A stretch of 64,000 nt of DNA from Myxococcota bacterium (GCA_965223415.1 OZ245002.1:5769098-5833097), one strand, 5' to 3'; positions 44,405-55,685 are shown, counted from the first letter of the stretch. Made by a program: numbers and translations. Notes: generated by a model from the sequence alone, not told the origin.

Positions 44405-45885
44405 TCCGGGCCCTCGTCTCTCCGGTTCTCGCCGACCGGCTTGAACAGGGAGAGCTGCGGGGCGTCGCCGCCGCGCTGGATCGGAACCGGGTACTCGTCC
44501 GAGAAGCACGCGTCGCAGTGGCCGTGCTTCAGGTGCTCGGAGAGCTTGCGCAGGCCGTCGACGGAAACGTAGCCAAGGCTGTCGGCGCCGATCGCCTGGC
44601 GGATCTCGTCGACGCTGCGCCCGGAGGCCATCAGCTCGCTCCGGGTCGGCATGTCGATGCCGTAGAAGCAGGGCGCGATGGTGGGCGGCGCGGAGATGCG
44701 CACGTGCACCTCGCGGGCGCCGTTCGCCCGCATCAGCGTCGACATCTTGTTGAGGGTGGTCCCGCGCACGATCGAGTCGTCCACGAGGACGACGCGCTTG
44801 CCGGCGAGGAGCTCCCGGATCGGGTTGTGCTTGATCTTCACGCCGAAGTTGCGGATCGATTGCGCCGGCTCGATGAAGGTGCGCCCGACGAAATGGTTGC
44901 GGATGATGGCGGTCTCGTAGGGGATCCCGGACTCCTCGGCGAAGCCCAGGGCGGCCACGCTCCCGGAATCGAGCAGCGGCACCACCACGTCCGCCTGCAC
45001 CGGATGCTCCCGGGCCAGGGCCCGGCCGAGCTCCTTGCGGTAGGCGTAGACGTTGCTGCCGGGCAGGTTGGAATCGGGCCGCGCGAAGTAGATGTACTCG
45101 AAGATGCAGAAGGCCTCGCGCTCGGGCCGCGGGAAGGGGCGCAGGGTGCGCAGGCGACCGCGCCGGATCACCACCACCTCGCCCGGGTCCACGTGCCGCT
45201 CGACGGTGGCGCCGATCAGGTCGAGGGCGCAGGTCTCGCTGGCGACGACCCAGGCCCCATCGAGGCGTCCCAGAACGAGCGGGCGGAAGCCGTGGGGATC
45301 GCGGACCGCCACCAGGGCGTCGTGGGTGAGCATCACCAGGCTGAAGGCGCCCTTCACCCGGGAGAGGGCGTCGATCAGCCGCTCCTCCAAGGACGACTCC
45401 CGGGAGCGAGCGAGCAGGTGGACGATGACTTCGCTGTCCGCGGTGGTGCTGAAGATGGCGCCGCGGCCCTCGAGCTCGCGCCGCACGGCGCTGGCGTTCA
45501 CCAGGTTGCCGTTGTGGGCGATGGCGACCGGGCCGCCATCGGTGTTCGCGCAGAAGGGCTGGGCGTTGCGCAGCAGGCTCTCGCCGGTGGTGGAGTAGCG
45601 GACGTGGCCGATGGCGTGCCGGCCCGGCAGCCGATCGAGCACCTTCTCGCTGAATACGTCGGAGACCAGGCCCATCGCCCGGTGCACGAACTGCTCGCCC
45701 CCCTGGGCGGTGCAGATGCCGGCGCTCTCCTGGCCCCGGTGCTGGAGCGCGTAGAGCCCCAGGTAGGTGATGTTGGCCGCCTCGGCGTGGCCGTGGATGC
45801 CGAACACCCCGCACTCGTCCCGGGGCCGCTCGGCAGCATGGGTGCGGGCCAGTCGAGACAGGGAGGCGTCGGAGGGGGAGCTCAT
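44401..45885 (-). CDS. purF: Amidophosphoribosyltransferase (with propeptide)
   Basis: ECGVFG, QHRGQES, HVRYST, CIFEYIYFARPDS and VDDSIVRGTT motifs. Confidence 0.97.
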   Translation of the reverse strand: MSSPSDASLSRLARTHAAERPRDECGVFGIHGHAEAANITYLGLYALQHRGQESAGICTAQGGEQFVHRAMGLVSDVFSEKVLDRLPGRHAIGHVRYSTTGESLLRNAQPFCANTDGGPVAIAHNGNLVNASAVRRELEGRGAIFSTTADSEVIVHLLARSRESSLEERLIDALSRVKGAFSLVMLTHDALVAVRDPHGFRPLVLGRLDGAWVVASETCALDLIGATVERHVDPGEVVVIRRGRLRTLRPFPRPEREAFCIFEYIYFARPDSNLPGSNVYAYRKELGRALAREHPVQADVVVPLLDSGSVAALGFAEESGIPYETAIIRNHFVGRTFIEPAQSIRNFGVKIKHNPIRELLAGKRVVLVDDSIVRGTTLNKMSTLMRANGAREVHVRISAPPTIAPCFYGIDMPTRSELMASGRSVDEIRQAIGADSLGYVSVDGLRKLSEHLKHGHCDACFSDEYPVPIQRGGDAPQLSLFKPVGENRRDEGPE

Positions 45886-46874
45886 CCGGGCAGGGACCGA
45901 TCGACGAAGGTGAAGGCCAGGAGCAGATAGTACATCACGGGGATGGCGAGCAGGTTGGAGTCGATGCGGTCGAGGATGCCGCCGGTGCCCGGCAGGATCC
46001 CCCCGCTGTCCTTCACCTTGGCATCCCGCTTCAGCAGCGACTCGACCAGGTCGCCGAGGATGCCGACCACCGAGAGGACCGGTGCCAGCAGGAGACAGGC
46101 CGTGTAGGTGAGCCCGGAGGAGAGCTCGGGCCAGAAGGTGTCGAAGAGGGCCTTGGCCCCCACCGCGACCAGCATGCTCGCCAGCAGGGCCCCCGCGGCG
46201 CCCTCGACGGTCTTGTTGGGGCTGACGAAGGGCGCGAGCTTGCGCTTGCCGAAGCGCCGGCCCGCGAAGTAGGCGCCGGCGTCCCCGCCGATCACCACCG
46301 AGATGCAGAAGAGCAGGTAGAAGGCGCCGGCATCCGGGTGGATCGCCGCGGCGGCCTCGGGCCCGAAGCGCTGGGCCACCTGATCGCCGAAGGCACGCAG
46401 AACGATCAGGTGCGAGAGCAGCCAGCCCACGTAGAAGACGCCGAAGAAGGTGCCGGAGATGCTCGCCAGGGCCTCGGCGATCCGGGCCTTGCCGAGCTGG
46501 GCGACCATCACGCCGAGCAGCACGACCGAGAGCAGCAGGGTCGCCAGGTACTCGCTGCCGAGGTAGGCGACCACCTGCAGGGCCGCCGCGGCCGTCATGC
46601 CGAAGGTGCGCAGGGGCTCGGCGCCCTTGGCCTCGATCATGTCGTAGAACTCGGCCAGGCCGATCATGGTGAAGATCAGCACGGTGGCCAGCATGAGCGG
46701 GCCGCCCTGCCAGATCGCCCAGATGACGAGCGGGATCAGGAAGCTCGCGGTGATCAGCCGCTGGGTGAGGTTGCTGAGCTCCCGCTTGCCGGCCGGACTG
46801 CGGGGAGTGGGCGGCTGGGGATGGACCGGCTCGGATCCGGCTTCCACCTGCTCTTCTTGGGTCGCCCCGCTCAT
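45882..46874 (-). CDS. cdsA: Phosphatidate cytidylyltransferase
   Basis: SPNKTVEG, GDLVESLLKR and GGILDRIDS motifs. Confidence 0.95.
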   Translation of the reverse strand: MSGATQEEQVEAGSEPVHPQPPTPRSPAGKRELSNLTQRLITASFLIPLVIWAIWQGGPLMLATVLIFTMIGLAEFYDMIEAKGAEPLRTFGMTAAAALQVVAYLGSEYLATLLLSVVLLGVMVAQLGKARIAEALASISGTFFGVFYVGWLLSHLIVLRAFGDQVAQRFGPEAAAAIHPDAGAFYLLFCISVVIGGDAGAYFAGRRFGKRKLAPFVSPNKTVEGAAGALLASMLVAVGAKALFDTFWPELSSGLTYTACLLLAPVLSVVGILGDLVESLLKRDAKVKDSGGILPGTGGILDRIDSNLLAIPVMYYLLLAFTFVDRSLPG

Positions 46875-46885
46875 CCTGCCCCCGA

Positions 46886-47350
46886 CTAGCTTCGGCCGGT
46901 GGAGCCGAAGCCCCCGTCACCCCGTGCAGTTTCGTCCAGACGCTCGCCGGGCTGGACCGGCACGAGACGCGCCCGGGTCACCGGGGCCACGACGAGCTGG
47001 GCGATCCGATCGCCCCGCTGCACCACGAAGGGCTCGCGGCCCCCGTTCCAGAGCAGGACCCGCAGCTCCCCCCGGTAGTCCGAGTCTATCGTACCGGGGG
47101 CGTTGGGGAGGGTGACGCCGTGGCGCAGGGCGAGGCCGCTGCGCGGGCGCACCTGGCCCTCGTAGCCCGGCGGAATCGCCAGGCGCAGGCCCGTCGGAAT
47201 CGCGGCCCGGGCGCCGGGCTCGATCACCGTATCCTCGGTGACCGCGGCGCGCAGGTCGACCCCGGCCGATCCCTCGGTGGCATAGCTCGGCAGGGGCAGG
47301 TCGCCGTGGCCTTCGAGTCGCTCGACCCGGACGACGACCTGTTCCCCCAC
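46886..47350 (-). CDS. dut: dUTP diphosphatase
   Basis: [19 protein letters not shown] and [10 protein letters not shown] motifs. Confidence 0.97.
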   Translation of the reverse strand: MGEQVVVRVERLEGHGDLPLPSYATEGSAGVDLRAAVTEDTVIEPGARAAIPTGLRLAIPPGYEGQVRPRSGLALRHGVTLPNAPGTIDSDYRGELRVLLWNGGREPFVVQRGDRIAQLVVAPVTRARLVPVQPGERLDETARGDGGFGSTGRS

Positions 47351-47362
47351 CGCGCCGTCCGC

Positions 47363-49579
47363 CTAGGCGCCCGCGGCGCCCTCGGCGATCGCCCCGACGA
47401 GCGCCTCCTTGCGCGAGAGCCGGATGCGACCGCTGGGGTCGATGTCGATGCACTTCACGAGGACCTCGTCGCCCTCGGCCACCACGTCGGTGACCGAATC
47501 GACCCGGCCCTCGGCCAGGTGGCTGATGTGCACCAGCCCGTCGGTGCCCGGGAAGATCTCGACGAAGGCGCCGAAGTCGGTGATGCGCTTCACCTTGCCC
47601 GTGTAGAGCTTGTCGATCTCGGCTTCCTGGGTGAGCTCCTCGACCATCGCCTGGGCGCGCTCGAGGCTCGCCAGGTCCGGCGCGAAGATCGACACCGAGC
47701 CGCTGTCGTCCACCTCGACCTTGGAGCCACTCATCTCCTGGATGCCGCGGATCACGCGGCCGCCGGGTCCGATGATGTCGCGGATACGATCCGGCTTGAT
47801 CTGGATCACCTCCATCCGCGGCGCCCAGTCCGAGAGCACCGAGCGGTGGGCGAAGCCCGGCAGCTGGGCCTCGCTGTCGCGCTCCATGGTGGAGAGGATG
47901 TGGAGCCGGCCCTCGCGCGCCTGGGCCAGCGCCTCCTCCATCACCTTCCAGTTCACGCTCTTGATCTTGATGTCCATCTGGAGCGCGGTGATGCCGTCCT
48001 TGGTGCCAGCGACCTTGAAGTCCATGTCGCCCAGGTGGTCCTCGTCGCCGAGGATGTCGGACAGCACGGCGTGCTTGTCGCCGCTTTCGATCAGCCCCAT
48101 GGCGATGCCGGCCACCGGCGCCTTGAGCGGGACGCCGGCGTCCATCAGCGCGAGGCTGCCGCCGCAGATCGTCGCCATCGAGGACGAGCCGTTCGACTCG
48201 AGCACCTCGGAGACGACGCGCACCGTGTACGGGAAGTCCTCGCCCGAGGGCATCACCGCCAGGAGCGCCCGCTCGGCCAGGTTGCCGTGGCCGATGTCCC
48301 GGCGCGAAGGCCCGCGCAGGAAGCGCGCCTCGCCTACCGAGAAGGGCGGGAAGTTGTAGTGGAGCATGAAGCTCTTCTCGCTGCGGCCGTGCAGGGCGTC
48401 GATCGTCTGGGCGTCCTGGCCGCTCCCGAGCGTGGTGTAGACCAGCGCCTGGGTCTCGCCGCGGGTGAAGAGCGCCACCCCGTGAGCGCGCGGCAACGGC
48501 CGCACCTCACTGAAGATCTGCCGCACCTCGTTCGGCGCGCGGCCGTCGATGCGCACGCCGTCGTCGAGCAGCCGCTCGCGCATCAGGTCCGAGCGCAGGT
48601 CGTGGAGCAGGTTCTTGCTCTTGCTGGTCAGGCTCTTGAGCCCGGCCTGGCGCTCCTCGACCGCGTCGAGGGTGTCGAGGCCGACCTTCTCCTGGCGGTA
48701 CTCGGTGGTGATCTCCTCGACCACGCCCTTCTCCACCTCGGAGATCGCGTCGTAGCGCTCCTTCTTGGTCTGGATGCGCACGGCCTCGCGGAGCTTCTCC
48801 TCGGCCATGCCGCGGATGCGCGTGGCCAGGGCCGTGTCCTCTTCCGCGGCCACGAACTCCCGCTTCTCCTTGCCGGCCTTCGCCCGGAGCTCCTCCTGCG
48901 CCTTCAGCAGCGGCTGGACGCTCTCGTGACCGAACTGCAGGGCCTCCAGGATCTCGGCCTCGGTGGCCTCCTGGGCGCCGCCCTCGACCATCACCAGCGC
49001 CTTCTCGGAGCCGGCGACCACCAGCTCGAGAGTGCTCTTCTCCTGGTCCTCGTGGGTCGGGTTGATGATGAGCTGCCCGTCGATCCTGCCGAGACGCAGC
49101 CCGGCGATCGGGCCCTGGAAGGGCAGGTCCGAGATGGTCAGGGCCGTCGAAGCCCCGATGAAGGCCGGGATGTCCGGCGGGTTCTCGCCGTCGACGGCGA
49201 GCACGGTGGCCACCACGTGGACCTCGTCCTTGTAGCCCGTGGGCCAGAGCGGACGGATCGAACGATCGATGAAGCGACACACCAGGATCTCGCGATCCGA
49301 GAGGCGCGCCTCACGCTTGAAGAAGCCGCCGGGAATCTTGCCCGCCGCCGAGGTCTTCTCGACGAAGTCCACGGTGAGCGGGAAGAAATCCTGCCCGGCC
49401 CGCGGGTCGCCGTGGGCAGCGGTGACGAGGACGACGGTGCCCCCGTAGGTGACGAGCGCGGCCCCTGCGGCCTGCTTCGCCATGCGGCCGGTCTCCAGCG
49501 TGAGCGGGCGACCACCGAGGTCGAGCGTCACGCTCGAGGGTTCGAACCAGTATCCAGAGGATTCAGACATTCCATGCAT
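47363..49579 (-). CDS. pnp: Polyribonucleotide nucleotidyltransferase (start may be 49570)
   Basis: RIDGR, SNGSSSMA and DHLGDMDFKVAG motifs; KH and S1 domains. Confidence 0.98.
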   Translation of the reverse strand: MHGMSESSGYWFEPSSVTLDLGGRPLTLETGRMAKQAAGAALVTYGGTVVLVTAAHGDPRAGQDFFPLTVDFVEKTSAAGKIPGGFFKREARLSDREILVCRFIDRSIRPLWPTGYKDEVHVVATVLAVDGENPPDIPAFIGASTALTISDLPFQGPIAGLRLGRIDGQLIINPTHEDQEKSTLELVVAGSEKALVMVEGGAQEATEAEILEALQFGHESVQPLLKAQEELRAKAGKEKREFVAAEEDTALATRIRGMAEEKLREAVRIQTKKERYDAISEVEKGVVEEITTEYRQEKVGLDTLDAVEERQAGLKSLTSKSKNLLHDLRSDLMRERLLDDGVRIDGRAPNEVRQIFSEVRPLPRAHGVALFTRGETQALVYTTLGSGQDAQTIDALHGRSEKSFMLHYNFPPFSVGEARFLRGPSRRDIGHGNLAERALLAVMPSGEDFPYTVRVVSEVLESNGSSSMATICGGSLALMDAGVPLKAPVAGIAMGLIESGDKHAVLSDILGDEDHLGDMDFKVAGTKDGITALQMDIKIKSVNWKVMEEALAQAREGRLHILSTMERDSEAQLPGFAHRSVLSDWAPRMEVIQIKPDRIRDIIGPGGRVIRGIQEMSGSKVEVDDSGSVSIFAPDLASLERAQAMVEELTQEAEIDKLYTGKVKRITDFGAFVEIFPGTDGLVHISHLAEGRVDSVTDVVAEGDEVLVKCIDIDPSGRIRLSRKEALVGAIAEGAAGA

Positions 49580-49649
49580 CTCCTCCCGGCCACCCGTCGG
49601 GGTCGGGCCGGGATTCCTTGGGAGGCGGCGGGGGATGCCCAGCCTGAGT

Positions 49650-49716
49650 CGGAATGCGGAATCGGGGATTCGCGGAGCGGTTCGATGGTCCGCGAATCAC
49701 GGATTCGCACATTCCG
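49650..49716 (-). promoter_or_regulatory. Long stem-loop in the rpsO-pnp intergenic leader
   Basis: Nested arms GGAATG/CATTCC, GAATC/GATTC and GATTCGCGGA/TCCGCGAATC. Confidence 0.6.
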
Positions 49717-49800
49717 GCCCGTGCGAGGCCCTATCCAACATGAATCGGGCCGCCTCGTTTGTGACCCGCCCGTCTCTCGGGCGGAGTGCCGCGTTCTCTT

Positions 49801-50064
49801 CTAGCGGCGCAGACCCAATCGCGAGATCAAGGTCCGGTAACGCTCGGGGTCGATGCCCCGAAGATAATCGAGCATCCGGCGCCGCTGGCTCACCAGCTTG
49901 AGGAGCCCGCGCCGGGAATGGTGGTCCTTCTTGTGGGTCTGGAAGTGCTCGGTCAGCTCCTTGATGCGTTCGGTGAGGAGCGCGACCTGCACCTCCGGCG
50001 AGCCCGTGTCCGTCTCGTGGGTGCGGTACTCGCCGAGGATTTCCTGCTTTCGCTGAGCGATCAA
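49801..50064 (-). CDS. rpsO: 30S ribosomal protein S15
   Basis: [13 protein letters not shown] and [15 protein letters not shown] motifs; TTG start. Confidence 0.97.
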   Translation of the reverse strand: MIAQRKQEILGEYRTHETDTGSPEVQVALLTERIKELTEHFQTHKKDHHSRRGLLKLVSQRRRMLDYLRGIDPERYRTLISRLGLRR

Positions 50065-50102
50065 ACTGGATCTTCCTGTCCTGTCGGTCGGATTGGGTCG
50101 AA

Positions 50103-50131
50103 GGTTTATCAGAGGGGCCAGGGGGCAGCAA
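50103..50131 (-). promoter_or_regulatory. Possible sigma-70 promoter for rpsO
   Basis: TTGCTG-N17-TAAACC. Confidence 0.4.
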
Positions 50132-50149
50132 CAAGCCCCCCGCGGGAGG

Positions 50150-51100
50150 TCAGCCGCTCTCGAGCAGGCGTAGCGGGTGGAGCTGGCGATCGGGGCGAAG
50201 CTCCATCACTGCCAGCATCTCTCCGCTCGGGAGAAGTGCCGAGAGCCGGTCGCCGGGGCGCGGCGGGGTGCCCGTCTCGAACTCCCCCGAGGCATCGGCT
50301 ACGGGGATGGCCGCGCCGTGGCCCACGCGGCGGGCCTGGACGGCGGTGAGACGCACCCGGGGCAGACCCAGGGCCTCGTCCGCCGGGAGCAGCGCGGGCT
50401 CGAGCTCGCCGGCGTCGGCCAGGGCCTCGCAGGCCTCCGGCGTGCGGGCCTGCTCGAGGGCGAAGGGGCCGCTGCGGGTGCGGCGCAGGCCGGAGAGATG
50501 GGCGCCGCAGCCCAGCCGCTCGCCCAGGTCGGCGGCCAGGGTCCGTACGTAGGTGCCCGGCGAGCAGGAGACCTCGATGCCGATCTCCGGCGGCGCGTAG
50601 TGGGGCATCGAGATGGCGTGGATCGTCACGCTGCGGGGCTCCCGCTCCACCTCCTCGCCCTTGCGGGCCAGCTTGTAGAGGGGCACGCCGTCCTTCTTGA
50701 CCGAGCTGTACATGGGCGGGAGCTGCTGGATCTCGCCGAGGAAGCCCTCGAGGGCCGCGCGTACCGTCGCCTCGTCGGGCAGCGGGCCGTCGTGCTGGTG
50801 GGTCACGCGGCCCTCGGCGTCGAAGGTGTCGGTGGCGACGCCGAGCCGGATGGTCCCGACATAGACCTTCTCGCCCTCGGACAGGAAGGGCACGAGCTTG
50901 GTCGCGCCACGAATGGCCAGAGGCAGCACGCCGGTGGCCAGTGGGTCGAGGGTGCCCAGGTGGCCGACCTTGCGGATGCCTAGCCAGCGGCGCGCCGCGT
51001 CGACGACGTCGTGGCTGGTCCAGCCCACCGGCTTGTCCACGACCAGGAAGCCCATCGGCCCCGGCGGGTCCGGGCGCTTGCGGCGTCGCTGCCTACCCAT
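50150..51100 (-). CDS. truB: tRNA pseudouridine-55 synthase
   Basis: [24 protein letters not shown] and GTYVRTL motifs. Confidence 0.97.
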   Translation of the reverse strand: MGRQRRRKRPDPPGPMGFLVVDKPVGWTSHDVVDAARRWLGIRKVGHLGTLDPLATGVLPLAIRGATKLVPFLSEGEKVYVGTIRLGVATDTFDAEGRVTHQHDGPLPDEATVRAALEGFLGEIQQLPPMYSSVKKDGVPLYKLARKGEEVEREPRSVTIHAISMPHYAPPEIGIEVSCSPGTYVRTLAADLGERLGCGAHLSGLRRTRSGPFALEQARTPEACEALADAGELEPALLPADEALGLPRVRLTAVQARRVGHGAAIPVADASGEFETGTPPRPGDRLSALLPSGEMLAVMELRPDRQLHPLRLLESG

Positions 51101-51455
51101 CGCTCTCTCCCAGCTCCGCGATCAGCTCCAGGGTGCGGGCGCCCTGGGCGAGGGAGTCGTCATAGTGGAAGCGCAGCTCCGGCACCCGCTTGATCGGGAG
51201 GCGCTGGGCAAGGCGCCGCCGCAGGAAGCCGGAGGCGCTCTCGAGGCCGTCCTGGGTGGCCGGCACCGCGTCGGCGGCGGCCTCCTCGTCGACGGCGATG
51301 CGGCTCCAGTCGACCCGGGCATTGCGGAAGTCCGGAGAGAGGTCGACGCGCGTGATCGTCACCATCCCGATGCGCGGGTCGGTCACTTCGTCGCGAAGCA
51401 GCCGCGCCAGCTCCGCGCGGATCTCCTCGCCCACCCGTTCGGTTCGGCGCGTCAA
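51093..51455 (-). CDS. rbfA: Ribosome-binding factor A
   Basis: TTG at 51455; RRTERVGEEIRAEL...DPR...VPELRFHYDDS. Confidence 0.93.
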   Translation of the reverse strand: MTRRTERVGEEIRAELARLLRDEVTDPRIGMVTITRVDLSPDFRNARVDWSRIAVDEEAAADAVPATQDGLESASGFLRRRLAQRLPIKRVPELRFHYDDSLAQGARTLELIAELGESDG

Positions 51456-51733
51456 AGGATCCAGGTCTCCTGGTCCACCACCTCGGCGAGGTGCAGGTCC
51501 TCGATGAAGTCGATCGCCTTCTCCAGCCGCCTTCGCACGGCCAGGCCCTCGTTGGCCACGGTGGTCAGGCCGAGCACCGCGATCTGCCATGTGTCCTGTC
51601 CGCCCACCTCGGCGGCGGACACGTTGAAGCGGTTCCGGGTTCTCTGCAGGATCGACTTCACGACCCCGCGCTTCTGCTTGAGGGACTGGGACCCGTGGAC
51701 GTGCAGCTCGACGCGAGCGGCGCCTACGACCAT
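51452..51733 (-). CDS. DUF503 (YlxP-like) protein
   Basis: SLKQKR...RFNVSAAEV...DTWQ; conserved position between infB and rbfA. Confidence 0.92.
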   Translation of the reverse strand: MVVGAARVELHVHGSQSLKQKRGVVKSILQRTRNRFNVSAAEVGGQDTWQIAVLGLTTVANEGLAVRRRLEKAIDFIEDLHLAEVVDQETWIL

Positions 51734-51751
51734 GGCCCCCCCTGGCCGGCG

Positions 51752-54229
51752 CTAGAGCTCGGCCGGCTGCTCTTCGAGCTCGAAGGCCTCGATCACGTCG
51801 CCGATCTTGACGTCGTTGAAGCCCTCGATACCGATGCCGCACTCGAAGCCCGTCTGCACCTCGCGCACGTCGTCCTTGAAGCGCTTCAAGGAGGCGAACT
51901 TGCCCTCGAAGACCTGCACGCCGTCGCGCACCAGCCGACAGCTGGCGTTGCGGCGCACCATACCCTCGGTGATGTAGGAGCCGGCGATCGTGCCGACCCT
52001 GGGAATCGTGAAGGTCTCGCGCACCTCTGCCTGCCCGAGCACGTTCTCCTTGACCGTGGGCGGGAGCAGGCCGGCCATGGCCGCCTTCACCTCGTCCACG
52101 ACCTCGTAGATGATCTTGTAGATGCGGACGTCGACGCCGGCGCTCTCGGCGGCCTTGCGCGCCTTGCTGTCCGGGCGAACGTGGAAGCCGATGATGATCG
52201 CGCCGCTCGCCTCGGCGAGCTGCACGTCCTTCTCGGTGATGCCGCCGACCGATGCACGCAGCACGTTCAGCTTCACCTTGTCCGTGGGGAGCTTCTGGAG
52301 CGAATCGCGGATCGCCTCCGCCGAGCCCTGGGTATCGGCCTTGATGATGGCCGTGAGCTCCCTCGGCCCGTCCCCTTCGGCCTGGGCGAAGAGATCCTCG
52401 AGACTCACCCGCGGCCGGGACGGGGCGCCGGAGCTCTTGCGCTCCTGGTCCTCGCGGTGGGAAACGATGTCGGCGGCCACGCGCTCGTTCTCGACCGCGT
52501 GCACCACGTCGCCCGCGTTGGGCACGCCCGACAGTCCGACGACCTGGACGGGCGTGGACGGGGGCGCCTCTTTCAGCACCTCGCCCTTGTCGTTCATCAT
52601 CGTGCGGACCTTGCCGGAGTGGGTGCCGACGACAACCACGTCGCCCCGCTTCAGCGTGCCCTCCTGGACCAGCACCGTCGCGACCGGCCCGCGGCCCTTG
52701 TCCAGCTCGGACTCGAGCACGACGCCCTTGGCCCGCAGCATCGGATCGGCCTTCGGCTCGAGCAGCTCCGCCTGCAGCAGCACCGCCTCGAGCAGCTTGT
52801 CGAGGCCCGTCTTCTGGGTGGCGGAAATGTCGATGGCGAGCACCTCACCGCCGAAGTCCTCGACCACGACGTTGTGCTCCATCAGCCGCTGCCGCGCCAT
52901 CTGGGGGTTGGCGTCGGGCAGGTCGCACTTGTTCACTGCCACGACGATCGGCACACCGGCGGCCTGGGCGTGATCGATGGCCTCGATCGTCTGGGGCATG
53001 ATGCCTTCGCTGGCGGCGATCACCAGGATGACCAGGTCGGTGACCTGGGCGCCGCGGGCGCGCATGGCCGTGAAGGCCGCGTGGCCCGGCGTATCGATGA
53101 AGGTCAGCGTGCCCTGGGCCAGGCTCACCTGATAGGCGCCGATGTGCTGGGTGATGCCGCCGGCCTCGCCGGCCACCACGTCGGTCTCGCGAAGCGCGTC
53201 GAGGAGGGACGTCTTGCCGTGATCGACGTGGCCCATCACCGTGATCACGGCCGGCCGCGACTGGAGGTTCTCCCCCGTCGCCTCGGCGGCCGGCGCCTCC
53301 AGGAACTCCTGCTCCTGGAAGCCCACGTCCTGCACCTCGAAGCCGAATTCCGCGGCCACCTGCTCGGCGGTGGAGACATCGACGGTCTGGTTCACGGCCA
53401 CCATCGTGCCGAGGGCCATGAGCTTGCCCTGGACCTGGGCGGCCTTGGCACCGAGCTGCTTGGCCAGCTCGGCCACGCTGATCTCCCCCTCGACACGAAC
53501 CACTTTCTTCTCCTGCTTGGGCGCCGCGGCGACCTTGGGCTTGGCGGCGGGGGCGTCGCGGCGCTTGCGACGCGGGTTGGAGAAGGCGCGGGTGTCGACC
53601 GGCGCGGGACGACCGGTCGTCCGGCTCGTCACCTGGCGGGCGATCTGCTCCTGCTCGCGGAGGTTCACGACCTCCTTGAACTGCTTGCGCTGGCGGGCGG
53701 TGCGCGCGGCCGCGGGCCCGGTCTCGGCGGGGCCGGTGGAGGGGCGGCGCGCGCCCTCGGCGGCCGGACGCGAGGGCGCCGGCGCGGGCTGGGGCTGTGC
53801 CGGGGCCGGCTGCACGGGAGCCGGCTCGGGCTCCGCGGCGGCCGCGGGCTCCACCGCTTCGGGCTCCGCCTCGGTGGCGGGCTCTTCGGTGGAGGGTGCG
53901 ACGTCTTCCGCCAGGGCGGCGGGCTCCACGGCCCCGGGCTCGGCGGCGGCCTCGAGCTCTTCCGGTTCCTCGGCCTCCGGCGGCGCCTCCTCCACCTTCT
54001 TCTTGCGACGGCGGATCACGGCGGTACCGCCGGTCGCCTTCACCCGCGCCTCGGTCACGCGATCGGAGGTCTTCGCGCCGAGCTTGTCGCGCAGCAGGTC
54101 CGCCTGCTCGTCGTCGACGGACGCCATGGCGCTCTTCAGCTCGATGCCCACCGCTTTCGCCTTCTCGACGAAGTCGTTGCGCTCGATGCCGAGCTCTTCC
54201 GCGATCTTGTAGGCCCTTACCTTCGCCAT
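51752..54229 (-). CDS. infB: Translation initiation factor IF-2
   Basis: [13 protein letters not shown] and NKCD motifs; MAKVRAYK start after AGGAG SD. Confidence 0.98.
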   Translation of the reverse strand: MAKVRAYKIAEELGIERNDFVEKAKAVGIELKSAMASVDDEQADLLRDKLGAKTSDRVTEARVKATGGTAVIRRRKKKVEEAPPEAEEPEELEAAAEPGAVEPAALAEDVAPSTEEPATEAEPEAVEPAAAAEPEPAPVQPAPAQPQPAPAPSRPAAEGARRPSTGPAETGPAAARTARQRKQFKEVVNLREQEQIARQVTSRTTGRPAPVDTRAFSNPRRKRRDAPAAKPKVAAAPKQEKKVVRVEGEISVAELAKQLGAKAAQVQGKLMALGTMVAVNQTVDVSTAEQVAAEFGFEVQDVGFQEQEFLEAPAAEATGENLQSRPAVITVMGHVDHGKTSLLDALRETDVVAGEAGGITQHIGAYQVSLAQGTLTFIDTPGHAAFTAMRARGAQVTDLVILVIAASEGIMPQTIEAIDHAQAAGVPIVVAVNKCDLPDANPQMARQRLMEHNVVVEDFGGEVLAIDISATQKTGLDKLLEAVLLQAELLEPKADPMLRAKGVVLESELDKGRGPVATVLVQEGTLKRGDVVVVGTHSGKVRTMMNDKGEVLKEAPPSTPVQVVGLSGVPNAGDVVHAVENERVAADIVSHREDQERKSSGAPSRPRVSLEDLFAQAEGDGPRELTAIIKADTQGSAEAIRDSLQKLPTDKVKLNVLRASVGGITEKDVQLAEASGAIIIGFHVRPDSKARKAAESAGVDVRIYKIIYEVVDEVKAAMAGLLPPTVKENVLGQAEVRETFTIPRVGTIAGSYITEGMVRRNASCRLVRDGVQVFEGKFASLKRFKDDVREVQTGFECGIGIEGFNDVKIGDVIEAFELEEQPAEL

Positions 54230-54275
54230 GTGCTCCTGCAACAACCTCGGGGGAACGTTCCGAACACCCGGGGTC

Positions 54276-55685
54276 TCAGATCTCGCTCTCGCCCTGGGGT
54301 GCGGTCTCGCCGGACTCGGCGGCTTCGGCGGGCTCGGCCCCTTCGGCCGCCTCCGACGCCTCGGCGGCCGCTGCCGCAGCGGCCGCTTCGGCCTCCGCCG
54401 CTTCGCGCGCCGCCTCCTCGGCGGCCGCCCGCTCCGCTTCTTCCGCCTTCAGCACGGCGAGCTCGGCCGCCTTGTCCTTGATGGCCTGGGCGCCCGCCTC
54501 GTCGACGTCGGGCAGGGCCGTGAGCGCGACGGTGTCCGTCGCGGCCAGGTCCTCGAGGGACGCGACGCCCTGCTGGAGCAGGAGCTCCGCCTCGGCCTCG
54601 CCACAGCCCGGCACCACCGACACGGCCTCCGCCAGCCACTCGGCCACTTCCCTCATGCGGGATTCGCTCTTGATGTCGATCTTCCAGCCCGTGAGCTGCA
54701 CCGCCAGGCGGACGTTCTGGCCTTTGCGGCCGATCGCCAGCGAGAGCTGGTCGTCGGGAACGATCACGTCCATCGTCTGGGCCGGCTCGTCGATGATCAC
54801 TTTCGACACCTGGGCGGGAGAGAGGGCGCTGCACACGTAGCGGGCGGCGTCGCCGCTCCAGGGCACGATGTCGATGCGCTCGCCTCGCAGCTCCTGCACC
54901 ACCGACTGCACGCGACTGCCCTTCATGCCGACGCAGGCGCCGACCGGATCGACGTCCCCATCGCGAGAGGCCACCGCGATCTTCGAGCGCCCGCCGGGCT
55001 CCCGCGCCGCGGACTCGATCTGCACGATGCCCTCGTAGATCTCCGGCACCTCCTGCTCGAAGAGCTTGGTCAGCAGCTTGATGCTGGCGCGGGAGAGGAC
55101 GATCTGCGGCCCCTTGGACTGGTTGTTCACGTCGAGCACGTAGGCCCGGATGCGGTCGCCGGGGCGGTAGTTCTCCCGCGGCACCTGCTCCTTGGCCGGC
55201 AGCATCGCCTCGGAGCGGCCGAGGTCGACGATGATCGCGCCCTTCTCGAAACGCCGCACGATGCCGTTGACGACCTCGCCGAGACGATCCTTGAACTCGT
55301 CGTAGACGATGTCGCGCTCGGCGTCGCGAACGCGCTGGATGATCACCTGCTTGGCGGTCTGGGCGAGGATCCGCCCGAATCCCTCGGTGTCGAGCTTGAT
55401 GCCGATCTCGTCGCCGACCTCCGCCTCCGGGTCGAACTCCCGCGCCTCGGCCACGCGGATCTGGGTATCGGCGTCGCTCACGACGTCGACCACCTCGCGG
55501 AACTCAAACAGCTCGATCTCCGCGGTCTCCTCGTTGAAGCGGGCCTCGATCTCCTTCTCCTGGCCGTACTTCTTGCGAGCGGCCTGCTTCATCGCCTCTT
55601 CGAGAGCTTCGATGATCATCTTTCGATCGATGCCCTTGTCCTTGGCGATCTGATCGATCTCGCGCTTCAGCGGGTCGAGGTTCAT
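54276..55685 (-). CDS. nusA: Transcription termination/antitermination factor NusA
   Basis: FGRILAQTAKQ, DPVGACVG and SLAIGRKGQNVRLA motifs. Confidence 0.98.
   Translation of the reverse strand: MNLDPLKREIDQIAKDKGIDRKMIIEALEEAMKQAARKKYGQEKEIEARFNEETAEIELFEFREVVDVVSDADTQIRVAEAREFDPEAEVGDEIGIKLDTEGFGRILAQTAKQVIIQRVRDAERDIVYDEFKDRLGEVVNGIVRRFEKGAIIVDLGRSEAMLPAKEQVPRENYRPGDRIRAYVLDVNNQSKGPQIVLSRASIKLLTKLFEQEVPEIYEGIVQIESAAREPGGRSKIAVASRDGDVDPVGACVGMKGSRVQSVVQELRGERIDIVPWSGDAARYVCSALSPAQVSKVIIDEPAQTMDVIVPDDQLSLAIGRKGQNVRLAVQLTGWKIDIKSESRMREVAEWLAEAVSVVPGCGEAEAELLLQQGVASLEDLAATDTVALTALPDVDEAGAQAIKDKAAELAVLKAEEAERAAAEEAAREAAEAEAAAAAAAAEASEAAEGAEPAEAAESGETAPQGESEI

Noticed and set aside
44401..46920. 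839-aa ORF suggesting a fusion upstream of purF
   Set aside because: The upstream part is an off-frame read of cdsA; purF starts at 45885 overlapping the cdsA stop
54230..54275. ylxR/ylxQ genes between nusA and infB
   Set aside because: The gap is only 46 nt, so they are absent here; absence is common and unremarkable
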